A stretch of 64,000 nt of DNA from an uncultured Spirochaetaceae bacterium (GTDB taxonomy: Bacteria; Spirochaetota; Spirochaetia; Sphaerochaetales; Sphaerochaetaceae), in assembly GCA_964533775.1 (NCBI GenBank), contig CAZHNE010000001.1, forward strand, positions 3,781-67,780. The letters run 5' to 3'. Position numbers and translations under genes: made by a program. Below the pieces are notes generated by a model. The model was given only the letters and a program-made list of their open reading frames with translations, was not told the DNA's origin and searched no databases. The stretch's first letter is position 1. The number at the start of each line of letters is the position of its first letter. Positions 16,746 through 26,167 of the stretch are shown in pieces.

Positions 16746-19034
16746 GTGAAGAAAAGATTAAGAGCTCTAATATTAGTTTTAATATTTAGTTTATCAACAT
16801 TGAATGCAACTTATCCAAAAGTTGCATTAGTATTATCTGGTGGTGGAGCTAAAGGGTTGGCACAAATTCCTATTGTTGAAGGAATTCAAGAATTAGGCAT
16901 TCCTATTGATTTTATTTGTGGCACTAGTATGGGTGGTTTAGTTGGTGGATATTATGCTCTTGGATACAGTACCGAAGATATAATTCATATGCTTAAGGAA
17001 AACCCATTAATAGATGCTATGATTTATAGTCCTCCTTTAAAAAGCTCTTATTCACCATCTTTCACAAATGAGCCTAAAGGACTACAACTATCTTTAGGAG
17101 TAGATTCTGCTGGAATAGGTAATAGTCCAGGTTTGATTAGCGACCAAGGTGTCTTATCCTTTATAAATAAAACTACGATTAAATCACCTGGAGATGTTGA
17201 TTTTGATGATTTACATATTCCCTATAAAGCAGTCGCTGTTAATGTTGCTACAGGAGAGGAAAAGATAATAGAAACTGGTTACATCTCTGATGCAATGAGA
17301 GCAACTATGTCTTTACCGATAATTTTCCCACCTTATCTTTTAAAGGATGGAACTTATTGCATGGATGGGGGGCTTGTTGACAATCTTCCTGTAAAAGTGG
17401 CTAAAGAATGGGGTGCAGACATAATTATTAGTGTTGATGTTTCATATGAGAGCTTAAAAACTAATAAAGAGTTTTCAACCCTGTCTGGAATTATAATTCA
17501 AACAATGGTATTAGCAACATTTAACAGTCGTGAAGGCAGTCTTTCTCAAAGTGATATTGTTATAATGCCTGATGTTTCTGAGTTTATGATATTAGATGTT
17601 GGTAGCTATGAAGAAATATTGAAAAAAGGATCTATAGCTTTTGAGGAAAATAAAGATAAGTTTATAGAGATTAGAGATGAGATTAGCAAACATCGTGATA
17701 TAGAAATTAGGGATAATAATTCCCCTAGTTATTATAGTCAAATTAAAGATCCCTTAATAACCGAAATCCATGTTAATGATATAACCAGTAATAATCAAAA
17801 CTATTTTTATATAAATAGAATAGAAAAATATGTAGGTAAGCGTTTAACAAAAGAAGCTTTAAATGAATTAGATAAAGAGGTGAAAACTTTTGCAAGTTTA
17901 AATGGTATATCCACAGTCTCTTATAACTTTAATCCAAAAGATAAAGAAAACAATTCAGGAGTTTTAGAATTAGGGTTAAGATCTTGGGATAACTCTCCAT
18001 CAAAGTTAGGTTTATTAGCAGCTGTTAAGCTAGGACTTTCATCTAACGTAGAAAACTTTTCCTGGTTTTATTTTAGTTCCGATATAAACACTCAACTAAA
18101 AGATGTTTTTGCTGAGAAAATGGCTTTAGATCTTAGGTTAACTTTTGCAGAAAGTAACAACATAAAAGCTAAAATCGGATATCAGTTTTTTTCTAGCAAG
18201 GATAAAGAATTAACTTTAAGTTTCCATTTTGGAGGAAAGTTTGGATCCCTTTCACCCGCAAATAATAAAAATGTAAAATACTATATACCCTCTTCCTCAG
18301 TAGGCTTAGATGTTGGTATAGGATGTGATTTTAGGCTATCTAACAAGCTTTCATCAGAGTTGTTATTTAATTATAATTTAGTTTCACTTGGAAGAACTAA
18401 TTACCATGGCGTTGCAAATCAAAAAAACTTTGAAAATCCTGTTTTAAATATTTTAAGTACTGATTTGAATTTGGCTTTTTTAGATATGGATGAATCTTTG
18501 TTTGCAGCTAAAGGATTTGGCGTAAAAGCTTTAGGATCTCTTAAAGTAACAGATGGAGAATTTAACTTCTCCTCATTTATTGAAGGATGTTTTAATTTAC
18601 AAATAACGAGTAAAGATACATTAAAAATAAAAGGGAACTTTGGCTACTCTACTGCTAACTACCAACTAACATCTTCCTATTTTGATATGGGAGGATACAG
18701 TGGAATTCCTGGCTCTTACTTAGGCCACTTTACAAGAGAGTACTTTTTAACATCACTTTCTTACCAAAGATACTTAGGTGATTATATAGCCCCATTATAT
18801 ATTCAAGCAGGAATAAAGTTCTTTGGACATGATTTATATAATCCCATTAAAAATATAGATCCAAATGTGAATACAGACATGATGATACCTCCGTTGGCGA
18901 AAAAGCCTTCGATCGATAACTTAGGATTAGGATTTTTTAGTGGAGTTGGCTTTAAAACAAACTTTGGAGATATTGTTTTTGGTGTAGGTTTATCAATAAA
19001 TGGTAACTTTAGTCTAGTTGTGGAGTTTGTATGA
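16746..19034 (+). CDS. Patatin-like phospholipase fused to POTRA + Omp85-type beta-barrel (type Vd autotransporter, PlpD/FplA-like)
   Basis: Signal peptide, then GGGAKG, GTSMGG and DGGLVDN patatin motifs. A POTRA-like segment follows, then about 350 aa of alternating beta-strand sequence ending in an aromatic-rich C-terminus. Confidence 0.8.
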   Translation: MKKRLRALILVLIFSLSTLNATYPKVALVLSGGGAKGLAQIPIVEGIQELGIPIDFICGTSMGGLVGGYYALGYSTEDIIHMLKENPLIDAMIYSPPLKSSYSPSFTNEPKGLQLSLGVDSAGIGNSPGLISDQGVLSFINKTTIKSPGDVDFDDLHIPYKAVAVNVATGEEKIIETGYISDAMRATMSLPIIFPPYLLKDGTYCMDGGLVDNLPVKVAKEWGADIIISVDVSYESLKTNKEFSTLSGIIIQTMVLATFNSREGSLSQSDIVIMPDVSEFMILDVGSYEEILKKGSIAFEENKDKFIEIRDEISKHRDIEIRDNNSPSYYSQIKDPLITEIHVNDITSNNQNYFYINRIEKYVGKRLTKEALNELDKEVKTFASLNGISTVSYNFNPKDKENNSGVLELGLRSWDNSPSKLGLLAAVKLGLSSNVENFSWFYFSSDINTQLKDVFAEKMALDLRLTFAESNNIKAKIGYQFFSSKDKELTLSFHFGGKFGSLSPANNKNVKYYIPSSSVGLDVGIGCDFRLSNKLSSELLFNYNLVSLGRTNYHGVANQKNFENPVLNILSTDLNLAFLDMDESLFAAKGFGVKALGSLKVTDGEFNFSSFIEGCFNLQITSKDTLKIKGNFGYSTANYQLTSSYFDMGGYSGIPGSYLGHFTREYFLTSLSYQRYLGDYIAPLYIQAGIKFFGHDLYNPIKNIDPNVNTDMMIPPLAKKPSIDNLGLGFFSGVGFKTNFGDIVFGVGLSINGNFSLVVEFV

Positions 19035-20044
19035 GTATAAGCCAACCGTACTGGAGAACTTATAAACAGTATTTAAGTGATACTTATTCAACAAGTGTTT
19101 ACAGAGTTGGTGTTGATGGTGGTTTTTCCTGTCCTAATAGAGAGAATGACAGATCAGGTGGATGTTCTTTTTGTGATGGCTTGGGAGCAAGTGCTCCATA
19201 CCAAAGAAGAGAAGAAGGAGTATGGAAACGAGATAGTAATTTTCAAAAAAGTATCGCCCATTTAGGTCCCAGAAAAATACTTAGCTTAGAAAAAAGATTA
19301 GAATCATTAGAAACTCAAGTTCAAAAAGGAAAAGCTTTTTTGAAGCAAAGATACAAAACTGATAAAATGAGTTTATACTTTCAAGCTTGGACTAGTACAT
19401 ATGCTCCTATTGATGAGTTAAAAACTATTTATGATAAAGGACTTTCATTACATCCTTTTACAGAGTTTATTGTTTCAACAAGGCCCGATTGCTTAGATGA
19501 TGATGTTGTTAAACTATTATCATCTTATAAACATAAGGTTAAGGATGTATGGGTTGAAGTTGGACTTCAAAGCGGTAATAATAATACTTTAGCTGCAATT
19601 AATAGAGGACATGATGTTGAGACATTTAAAAACGCAGTAACAAAATTACATGATAATGGAATTAAGGTTTCCTCCCATATTATTACAGGATTACCTGAGG
19701 AAGATTATAAGGAATTTGATAAAACAATTCGTTTAATTAATGAGTTGAAAATTGAAGCTGTTAAAATTCATAATTTAGATGTTTTAGGTGGAACAGCTTT
19801 ATTTGAGCAATATATAAGAGGTGAATTAACAGTATCTAGTACTACAAGGGCCGTAGAAAACTGCTTATATTTTTTAAGAAGGCTTTCTCCCAATATTATT
19901 ATTCAGAGATTGTTGTGTGAAAACCCACCTCATAGACTAGCAGCACCGAGAAGATTTGTTGATAAATCTAAATTTATCCAACTATTACAAAAACGTATGA
20001 ATGCATTGAATGCAAGACAAGGAGATTTATACAGTGGAGAATAA
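19031..20044 (+). CDS. TIGR01212-family radical SAM protein
   Basis: CPNRENDRSGGCSFCD cluster motif typical of the YhcC/TIGR01212 group. No C-terminal SPASM cysteines. Confidence 0.8.
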   Translation: MSISQPYWRTYKQYLSDTYSTSVYRVGVDGGFSCPNRENDRSGGCSFCDGLGASAPYQRREEGVWKRDSNFQKSIAHLGPRKILSLEKRLESLETQVQKGKAFLKQRYKTDKMSLYFQAWTSTYAPIDELKTIYDKGLSLHPFTEFIVSTRPDCLDDDVVKLLSSYKHKVKDVWVEVGLQSGNNNTLAAINRGHDVETFKNAVTKLHDNGIKVSSHIITGLPEEDYKEFDKTIRLINELKIEAVKIHNLDVLGGTALFEQYIRGELTVSSTTRAVENCLYFLRRLSPNIIIQRLLCENPPHRLAAPRRFVDKSKFIQLLQKRMNALNARQGDLYSGE

Positions 20045-20495
20045 AAACTCTCTAGAAATAATATTAAAGAGACTAAGTATAGTAGGAATAATTGTAAGCA
20101 TAATTTTGACTGGAATAATAGCTTATCTAAGTGTAATACCAGGTGAAAAATTAAAAGCAGTAAGTTTGCTTCCGTTTGAAGATAAAGGAGCACATATTCT
20201 TGCGTATGCTGTTTTAGGAGTTTTTTTATATTTCTCTTTTGTCAGAGTTTCATTTAAAATGCATTATAGCGGTAGAGATTTAATGGCTTCCAAGTGGATC
20301 ATTTTACCTTCAGTATTTACGATTGTAACAGGTGTTATTATTGGTACTATTTTAGAGTTTGTTCAAAAAACAGTTAATAGACAATTTGAAGTTCTAGATA
20401 TTGTAGCTGATGGGCTAGGCTTACTAGTAGGATGTACAATTGGTTATTATATTCTAAAAATAGTGCTAAAGATTACTTTAAACAAGGATTTATAA
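20010..20495 (+). CDS. VanZ-like membrane protein
   Basis: Four TM segments with a DKGAHILAY-type VanZ motif. The start is uncertain (ATG 20010 or GTG 20034). Confidence 0.55.
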   Translation: MQDKEIYTVENKNSLEIILKRLSIVGIIVSIILTGIIAYLSVIPGEKLKAVSLLPFEDKGAHILAYAVLGVFLYFSFVRVSFKMHYSGRDLMASKWIILPSVFTIVTGVIIGTILEFVQKTVNRQFEVLDIVADGLGLLVGCTIGYYILKIVLKITLNKDL

Positions 20496-21362
20496 GTGCA
20501 AGATTTTATTTTACAATTAAAAGAAGCCTTAATAAAAAGTTCTATTGAATTAGACCCTTCTATAAGTAATTTAATCAAAAAAGCAAAAGAAAAAGAAGAG
20601 GGATTAGAGTCCCTTAACTCTAAAGCTTCTTTAGTTGTGTTAAATAGTATTTTAGAAAATCTTGAGGTATCAAAAAATACAAAAATACCAATGTGCCAAG
20701 ATACAGGCATGTTTGATGTGTTTGTTGATATCGGAAGAGAAAATAAAAGTAGTATAGCATCAATCGAAAAAGGGATACTTTTAGCTTGTTCCCAAGCAAG
20801 TGAAGAAGGAAACTTTAGAAAAAGTGTTGTTAAAGACCCTGTTTTTACAAGAGAAAATACTAAAACCAATTTACCTCCAATAATTACATATAATTTAGTT
20901 GATGGAGAAGATATTAGAGTTAATGTTCTTTTAAAAGGTTTTGGTTCTGAAAATTGCAGTGCTCTTAAGATGTTAAATCCAACAGAATCAAAAGAAGGTA
21001 TAATAAATTCAGTAATAGATATTGTTAAAGCAGCTGGAGGTAAACCATGCCCCCCAATTTGTGTAGGAATTGGTATAGGGGGGACAATGGAAAGAGCAGC
21101 TTATTTATCTAAAAGAGCCTTAATAAGAGATATAGATAATAAAAACAAAGATATTAAGTATCGAGAATTAGAAAAAGAAATATTAAGCAAAATAAATAAA
21201 ACTAAAGTAGGAGCTGCGGGCTTTGGTGGAGTTACTACAGCTTTATTTGTTCAAATAGAACAAGAGCCAACACATATAGCAGGCTTGCCTTTAGCAGTAT
21301 CGATTAATTGTTGGGCTGATAGAAAAGCTCAAATTGTTTATAAGGGGAAAATTAATGATTAA
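20496..21362 (+). CDS. Fe-S hydro-lyase alpha subunit (class I fumarate hydratase / tartrate dehydratase type)
   Basis: PMCQDTGM motif. 288 aa. Followed by the beta subunit. Confidence 0.85.
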   Translation: MQDFILQLKEALIKSSIELDPSISNLIKKAKEKEEGLESLNSKASLVVLNSILENLEVSKNTKIPMCQDTGMFDVFVDIGRENKSSIASIEKGILLACSQASEEGNFRKSVVKDPVFTRENTKTNLPPIITYNLVDGEDIRVNVLLKGFGSENCSALKMLNPTESKEGIINSVIDIVKAAGGKPCPPICVGIGIGGTMERAAYLSKRALIRDIDNKNKDIKYRELEKEILSKINKTKVGAAGFGGVTTALFVQIEQEPTHIAGLPLAVSINCWADRKAQIVYKGKIND

Positions 21363-21873
21363 TTTAAATTTACCTCTTAATAAAGATGTTTTAAACAAAT
21401 TAGAAATATTTGACGAAGTAAGGTTAAATGGAGATATATATGTAGCAAGAGATCAAGCTCATAAACAACTATTTTACTTACTAGATAATAAAAAAAGCTT
21501 ACCTTTTAATATAGAAGGACAAACCATTTACTATATGGGACCTTCCCCAGCTCCCAACAATCATATAATAGGCTCCTGTGGTCCAACAACTAGCGCTAGA
21601 ATGGATAGTTTTACACCAAGGCTACTAGACTTAGGTTTAAAAGTTATGATTGGAAAGGGACCAAGAAGTAAAGAAGTAATAAAATCTATAGTTAAAAATA
21701 ATTGTGTATATTTAGCAGCCTTTGGTGGTTGTGGGGCTTTGTACAATTCTAAAATAATTGAAGTAGAGACTGTGGCTTTTCACGAGTTAGGAGCAGAAGC
21801 TTTACTAAAACTAAAGGTAAAGGATTTCCCTTGTATCGTTGCTATCGATAGCAAGGGAAATAGTGTTTATTAA
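21355..21873 (+). CDS. Fe-S hydro-lyase beta subunit (class I fumarate hydratase / tartrate dehydratase type)
   Basis: GPTTSARMD and KGPRS motifs. AAGGGGA RBS before the ATG at 21355, which overlaps the alpha stop by 8 nt. Confidence 0.85.
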   Translation: MINLNLPLNKDVLNKLEIFDEVRLNGDIYVARDQAHKQLFYLLDNKKSLPFNIEGQTIYYMGPSPAPNNHIIGSCGPTTSARMDSFTPRLLDLGLKVMIGKGPRSKEVIKSIVKNNCVYLAAFGGCGALYNSKIIEVETVAFHELGAEALLKLKVKDFPCIVAIDSKGNSVY

Positions 21874-23189
21874 GAGAGCTCTTTATTTAATTGCTTTTCT
21901 TTTGCAGCTAAGAAGTTTGCAATTTCTTGATCGTTATTTTCTAAATCAACTTTATTTAGTAAAAAGCCACCAATAACAAAAAGAATTATTAAAGATACTA
22001 TACCAATTCTGTTGTTATCAGTAATTAAAGTTACGAGTCCCATTAATAGTGGTCCTAAAATAGCTGCAAACTTTCCTAGCATATTAAAAAATCCAAAGAA
22101 CTCTGCATTTTTATTTGGTGGTATAAGTCGAGTATAGAAAGATCTAGAAAGAGCTTGAATTCCTCCCTGGAACAGACCAATTGCACCAGCTAATAAATAG
22201 AAGTGGATTTCTTTTGTCATAAAAGCGCCAAATCCTGCAATTAAAGAATAAGCTACAATTGCAACAAGTAGTGCCTTTTTTACACCAATTTTTTGACCAA
22301 ACATACTGTATAAAAGTGCCGAAGGAAACGCTACAAATTGTGTTAGTAAAAGAGCTACTATCAAAGAGCTAGCAGGGAATCCTAAAGCTGTTCCAAAGTT
22401 AACAGCCATTCTTATAATAGTATCTACACCATCTATATAAAACCAATATGCTGCTAAAAATGTTAGGAGAGTTGGTAAATGTTTTAAATCTTTTACTGTA
22501 GTTTTAAACTCTTTTAATCCAACCCTCACTGAACTTCTAACTTTTTTGCTTTTAGGCATTTTTTCTTCTTTTACAAATAAAATTAATGGAATAGTAAATA
22601 CGAACCACCAAATCCCTACCATTAAAAAAGAAGCCTTAATTGCAGCAACATCATCTGCTAAGTTGAATGCTTCAGGGTTTAAGTACATTAAAACGTTAAT
22701 TAAAAATAAAAGCCCGCCACCAATATAGCCTAGACTAAAACCTAAAGAAGAAACAAAATCAACCTTTTTTTCTGATGCTACAGACGGAAGTAATGAATCA
22801 TAAAAGGTGTTAGCTCCTGAGAATCCAATGTTAGCTGTTATATAAAAAAGTATAGCTAATTGCCATTGACCAGCATGTACAAGACTTAAGTTTGCTGTCA
22901 TTAAACAGCCAAGAAAAGCAAAGGTAACTAAAAACCTCTTTTTATAACTACCGTGATCTGCAATTGCCCCAAGAATAGGGGAAAGAATTGCTACTATCAA
23001 AGAAGCAATACTGTTTCCAAGCCCTAGGTAAAATGTAGTTGTAGAGGCTTTTGCCCCTTGAGTCCAATATGCACTGAAAAAAACAGGAAAAAATCCTGCC
23101 ATTACTGTTGTTGCAAAAGTACTATTAGCCCAATCGTAAAGTGCCCATGAAACATAAGTTTTTCTATCATCTTTTTTTGTCTTATTCAT
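21870..23189 (-). CDS. MFS transporter (UMF1/Atg22-like family)
   Basis: N-terminus YVSWALYDWANSTFATT and 12 predicted TM segments. Confidence 0.75.
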   Translation of the reverse strand: MNKTKKDDRKTYVSWALYDWANSTFATTVMAGFFPVFFSAYWTQGAKASTTTFYLGLGNSIASLIVAILSPILGAIADHGSYKKRFLVTFAFLGCLMTANLSLVHAGQWQLAILFYITANIGFSGANTFYDSLLPSVASEKKVDFVSSLGFSLGYIGGGLLFLINVLMYLNPEAFNLADDVAAIKASFLMVGIWWFVFTIPLILFVKEEKMPKSKKVRSSVRVGLKEFKTTVKDLKHLPTLLTFLAAYWFYIDGVDTIIRMAVNFGTALGFPASSLIVALLLTQFVAFPSALLYSMFGQKIGVKKALLVAIVAYSLIAGFGAFMTKEIHFYLLAGAIGLFQGGIQALSRSFYTRLIPPNKNAEFFGFFNMLGKFAAILGPLLMGLVTLITDNNRIGIVSLIILFVIGGFLLNKVDLENNDQEIANFLAAKEKQLNKELS

Positions 23190-23196
23190 AAATAAG

Positions 23197-23225
23197 ATTA
23201 TAGTATGGTTATTAATATATGGCTA
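23197..23225 (-). promoter_or_regulatory. Promoter placing the TSS at or next to the MFS start codon (candidate leaderless mRNA)
   Basis: Minus-strand read: TAGCCA, 17 nt, TATAAT, 7 nt (CTTATTT), then ATG at 23189. No SD sequence. Confidence 0.4.
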
Positions 23226-23281
23226 TTAAAATCCTATAAAAATGGTCAATACGGGAGTTATAAACTTCAGTAAAAGTCAAT

Positions 23282-24223
23282 TTAGAACTTGTGAGTAACT
23301 ATTGCCGTCAAAGAATTTATTTTGGTTTTACTCATATACGAGTAGTTAATTGAAAAGTCTAATCCTTGAAGAATGTTAAAATTAAATAAGATACTTGGAC
23401 TTATCCTCCAATTATCTTTTTCAAATAAATTTAAAGAGGATAAGGTAAGGGAGCTTTTTGTATCTATAATGTAAGAAATAGATGAGAGTAAGCTTAGTGA
23501 TTTAACGCTATTTATATATATCGCCTCTACTTTATAAGTAAACTTAGGATACATTTTTAATAAGTATGTTGAAGTTTCAAAATTGTTTAAATCTTGTAAA
23601 TCCGCCTTTCCATAAACTCCATAATCAAAAAACAAGTTTCCATTAATTCCTCCACAAAGAATAGAGTCATTAAAATCTGAAAGAAAAGTGGCTTCCATTG
23701 TTCCAAAGTAATAATTATTAATGTCGTAAGTGATTCGAGAACCAACCTTTGTATCTCCATCTTCTAGTGGTAGTTTGGCAATTAATTCTAGGTTGATGCT
23801 TTGAAAATCTTTAAGTTCGAACAGCTTAGCTTTTACTGAGGCAATCCATGGATTACCATCAATTATATTAAAGGGGGTTCCACTATTAAATTCTGTAAAG
23901 CTTCCTATATCTAAAGGAGTTTTTCCAAAAGTAAAGGTTAGGTGATTTTCTTTATAAGGAATTCTGAATTGTAAATAAGCTTGTTCAAACTTGTTTGTGG
24001 TATCTGAAATACTTATTGTAGTATTATTTTTAATCGTATATCTAACATTATTTGATTTAGAAAACAAATATAAATTCATATTAGCACTACTATCTATTGA
24101 ATAATTAAAGCTTTCATCAAGATTTAAGGTCCCGTTAAGAGAAAAGTCACCCTTTATAGTAGTAGATGCCGAAAGGGAGACTATTGTAAATAAGATTAAT
24201 ATAGGCGTGATAAGTTTTTTCAT
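23282..24223 (-). CDS. Hypothetical outer-membrane beta-barrel protein (last gene of the Lol-like operon)
   Basis: Signal peptide MKKLITPILILFTIVSLSAS, alternating hydrophobic pattern throughout, C-terminal ...VTHKF. Confidence 0.5.
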   Translation of the reverse strand: MKKLITPILILFTIVSLSASTTIKGDFSLNGTLNLDESFNYSIDSSANMNLYLFSKSNNVRYTIKNNTTISISDTTNKFEQAYLQFRIPYKENHLTFTFGKTPLDIGSFTEFNSGTPFNIIDGNPWIASVKAKLFELKDFQSINLELIAKLPLEDGDTKVGSRITYDINNYYFGTMEATFLSDFNDSILCGGINGNLFFDYGVYGKADLQDLNNFETSTYLLKMYPKFTYKVEAIYINSVKSLSLLSSISYIIDTKSSLTLSSLNLFEKDNWRISPSILFNFNILQGLDFSINYSYMSKTKINSLTAIVTHKF

Positions 24224-24229
24224 GTTTTC

Positions 24230-24952
24230 CTACCAGGATAAGTTATCAGTTGTAAAAAGATAGGTATCTATTTGCTGATTAATTTCTATTTTGTTAATTA
24301 CCATAGTGGTTGAACCTTGCCTTTTTAGTAAGTCAAACATTTCAACTTTAAAAGCAATATAATTATTTCCAACTTTTCTAATATCTGATGATTCCATTTT
24401 TCTAAGTTCTCTTCCACTAGCACTCATTAGGGTTGCACTTGTTGCTACGAAGGTCTTTTTATCAATAGTTAAAAGTTGTTGTTGGTAGGCTTGTTTTCTA
24501 GAGTTTGCTTCTAATTTTACAACGTAACTTTTTTCATCTTCACTAACTAGGGTTGGAGTGTAATTGTTTATTATAGAATCATCTCCTGATAAATCTTCAT
24601 AAGAAAAGTCAGATCCCATAAAAGAATCTTTAAGGGCCGCTCCTTGCAATCTAATTATTTGATTAGCTTCAGGGTAGTAGAGAAAAATCGCCGTGCTTAA
24701 TCTAAGAACCTTTTGACCTTTATCGGGTCCTTTTGTGATTTCAATCAAAGTGTCACCGTTTTTTCTTGAATAAGCCTTTATTTCTTGAACAGATGTCCCA
24801 AAAGAATCTTTTACAATTAAAGAGCTTTCAAGGATAGAAGTTTCAAAAGCTGTATTTTTGTCATAGTTTGCTATTATAGTGTCAATATTTGTAGCAAAAA
24901 GGTTAACTCCAATAAGAGCAATTCCAAGTAGAGTGAATAATCTTTTTTTCAT
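24230..24952 (-). CDS. LolA-like outer membrane lipoprotein-sorting protein family
   Basis: Signal peptide plus the MGSDFSYEDL-type motif characteristic of the LolA_like family that accompanies FtsX permeases. Confidence 0.7.
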   Translation of the reverse strand: MKKRLFTLLGIALIGVNLFATNIDTIIANYDKNTAFETSILESSLIVKDSFGTSVQEIKAYSRKNGDTLIEITKGPDKGQKVLRLSTAIFLYYPEANQIIRLQGAALKDSFMGSDFSYEDLSGDDSIINNYTPTLVSEDEKSYVVKLEANSRKQAYQQQLLTIDKKTFVATSATLMSASGRELRKMESSDIRKVGNNYIAFKVEMFDLLKRQGSTTMVINKIEINQQIDTYLFTTDNLSW

Positions 24953-24961
24953 ATGTTCTCC

Positions 24962-26167
24962 TTAAGTTTCGTCATGAAGAGCTTTAGCTGGTTCAATTTT
25001 TAATACTCGCCTTGTTGGTAAAAAACAAGTTAATGTTCCAATGACAACAGCAATAATAATTAAGTAAACAAATTCCTTAAAAGGTAAGTATGGGTAAATA
25101 TAAGAACTAATGCCAAAACCAGATACACTTCCTCCACCCATAGCAACCATATCTAGCCCTGTTTTACTTAGGACTGAAATAAGTATAGCTCCAACAATAG
25201 CTCCAAGCACACTAGCGATAAAAGTTAATAAGGCTGTTTCTAGTAAAAACAATCTTCTTACCCAGCGAGCATCATAGCCTAATGCAACAAGAGTCGCTAT
25301 TTCTCTTTTCCTTTCTACTATGCTCATCATGGTTGTGTTTAAAATTATGGTTGAAGCAAATAGCAAAAAGATAACTTCAATAAAACCATACATAACTTTA
25401 ACCAAATCTAACATTTGTCCAATTAAAGAAGTTTCTTTCCAGTCTTTAACAGATAGGGAAGAATCATTTAAAGCATTTTCTATTATTGAAGGCAGAATAG
25501 ATGAGTCTGTAAAAACTAGAATTTCAGTAGCTCCATTTACCATTCTAAGAGTATCACTTAGCTGCTTATTTGAAATATAAAAGTTTAAATTATTCATATC
25601 CATATCATTTGATGAGTAAATTCCAGAAACTGTTACACCTAAAGCATTTGAACCACCAATTGCGGTTTTTGTCAAAAATGTAAATGCATCTCCAACTTTT
25701 AAATTCATTTCTTCTGCTAGTTTAGTGCTTATTAAGACGTCTTTGCTTTTAGTTGGAAAAGAGCCCTCATGCAAAGTTCCAAAGTCAAATAACCGTGAGG
25801 TATTAAAATCGACACCGTATGTAATTACATTATAGCTTTGATCTCCCAAAAAGGTCATGGAAGGTATTTTAGTAACTGCTGTTGAGGAAATTACACCATC
25901 AATTTCATTTATTGTTTCAACTTTTTCATCAACATTTTTTATATAAAATTGTAAAGGTAAAATTCTCTCATTTTCAGAGTATAGCTTTGTTTTAATATTA
26001 ATATTACCTAATTGATGGTTAATAATATTATTCTTCATATCACTTATCATACCTTCATATAGTGACAACATAGCACTGACAAGTATAACAGCTATAAAAA
26101 TAGCACTTGCAGAGAGTAAAGATCTTCTTTTATTTCTTAATATATTTTTCCAAGCTAATTTAAACAT
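24962..26167 (-). CDS. ABC transporter permease, FtsX/MacB/LolE-like
   Basis: TM1, a large periplasmic domain, then three C-terminal TM segments. ERKREIATLVALGY motif. Confidence 0.8.
   Translation of the reverse strand: MFKLAWKNILRNKRRSLLSASAIFIAVILVSAMLSLYEGMISDMKNNIINHQLGNINIKTKLYSENERILPLQFYIKNVDEKVETINEIDGVISSTAVTKIPSMTFLGDQSYNVITYGVDFNTSRLFDFGTLHEGSFPTKSKDVLISTKLAEEMNLKVGDAFTFLTKTAIGGSNALGVTVSGIYSSNDMDMNNLNFYISNKQLSDTLRMVNGATEILVFTDSSILPSIIENALNDSSLSVKDWKETSLIGQMLDLVKVMYGFIEVIFLLFASTIILNTTMMSIVERKREIATLVALGYDARWVRRLFLLETALLTFIASVLGAIVGAILISVLSKTGLDMVAMGGGSVSGFGISSYIYPYLPFKEFVYLIIIAVVIGTLTCFLPTRRVLKIEPAKALHDET

Noticed and set aside
19031-20044. This radical SAM gene acting as the anaerobic sulfatase-maturating enzyme for 45531-46883
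   Set aside because: Its cluster motif (CPNR...GGCSFCD) and size fit TIGR01212/YhcC. It lacks the C-terminal SPASM cysteine clusters and lies 25 kb away in an unrelated operon.
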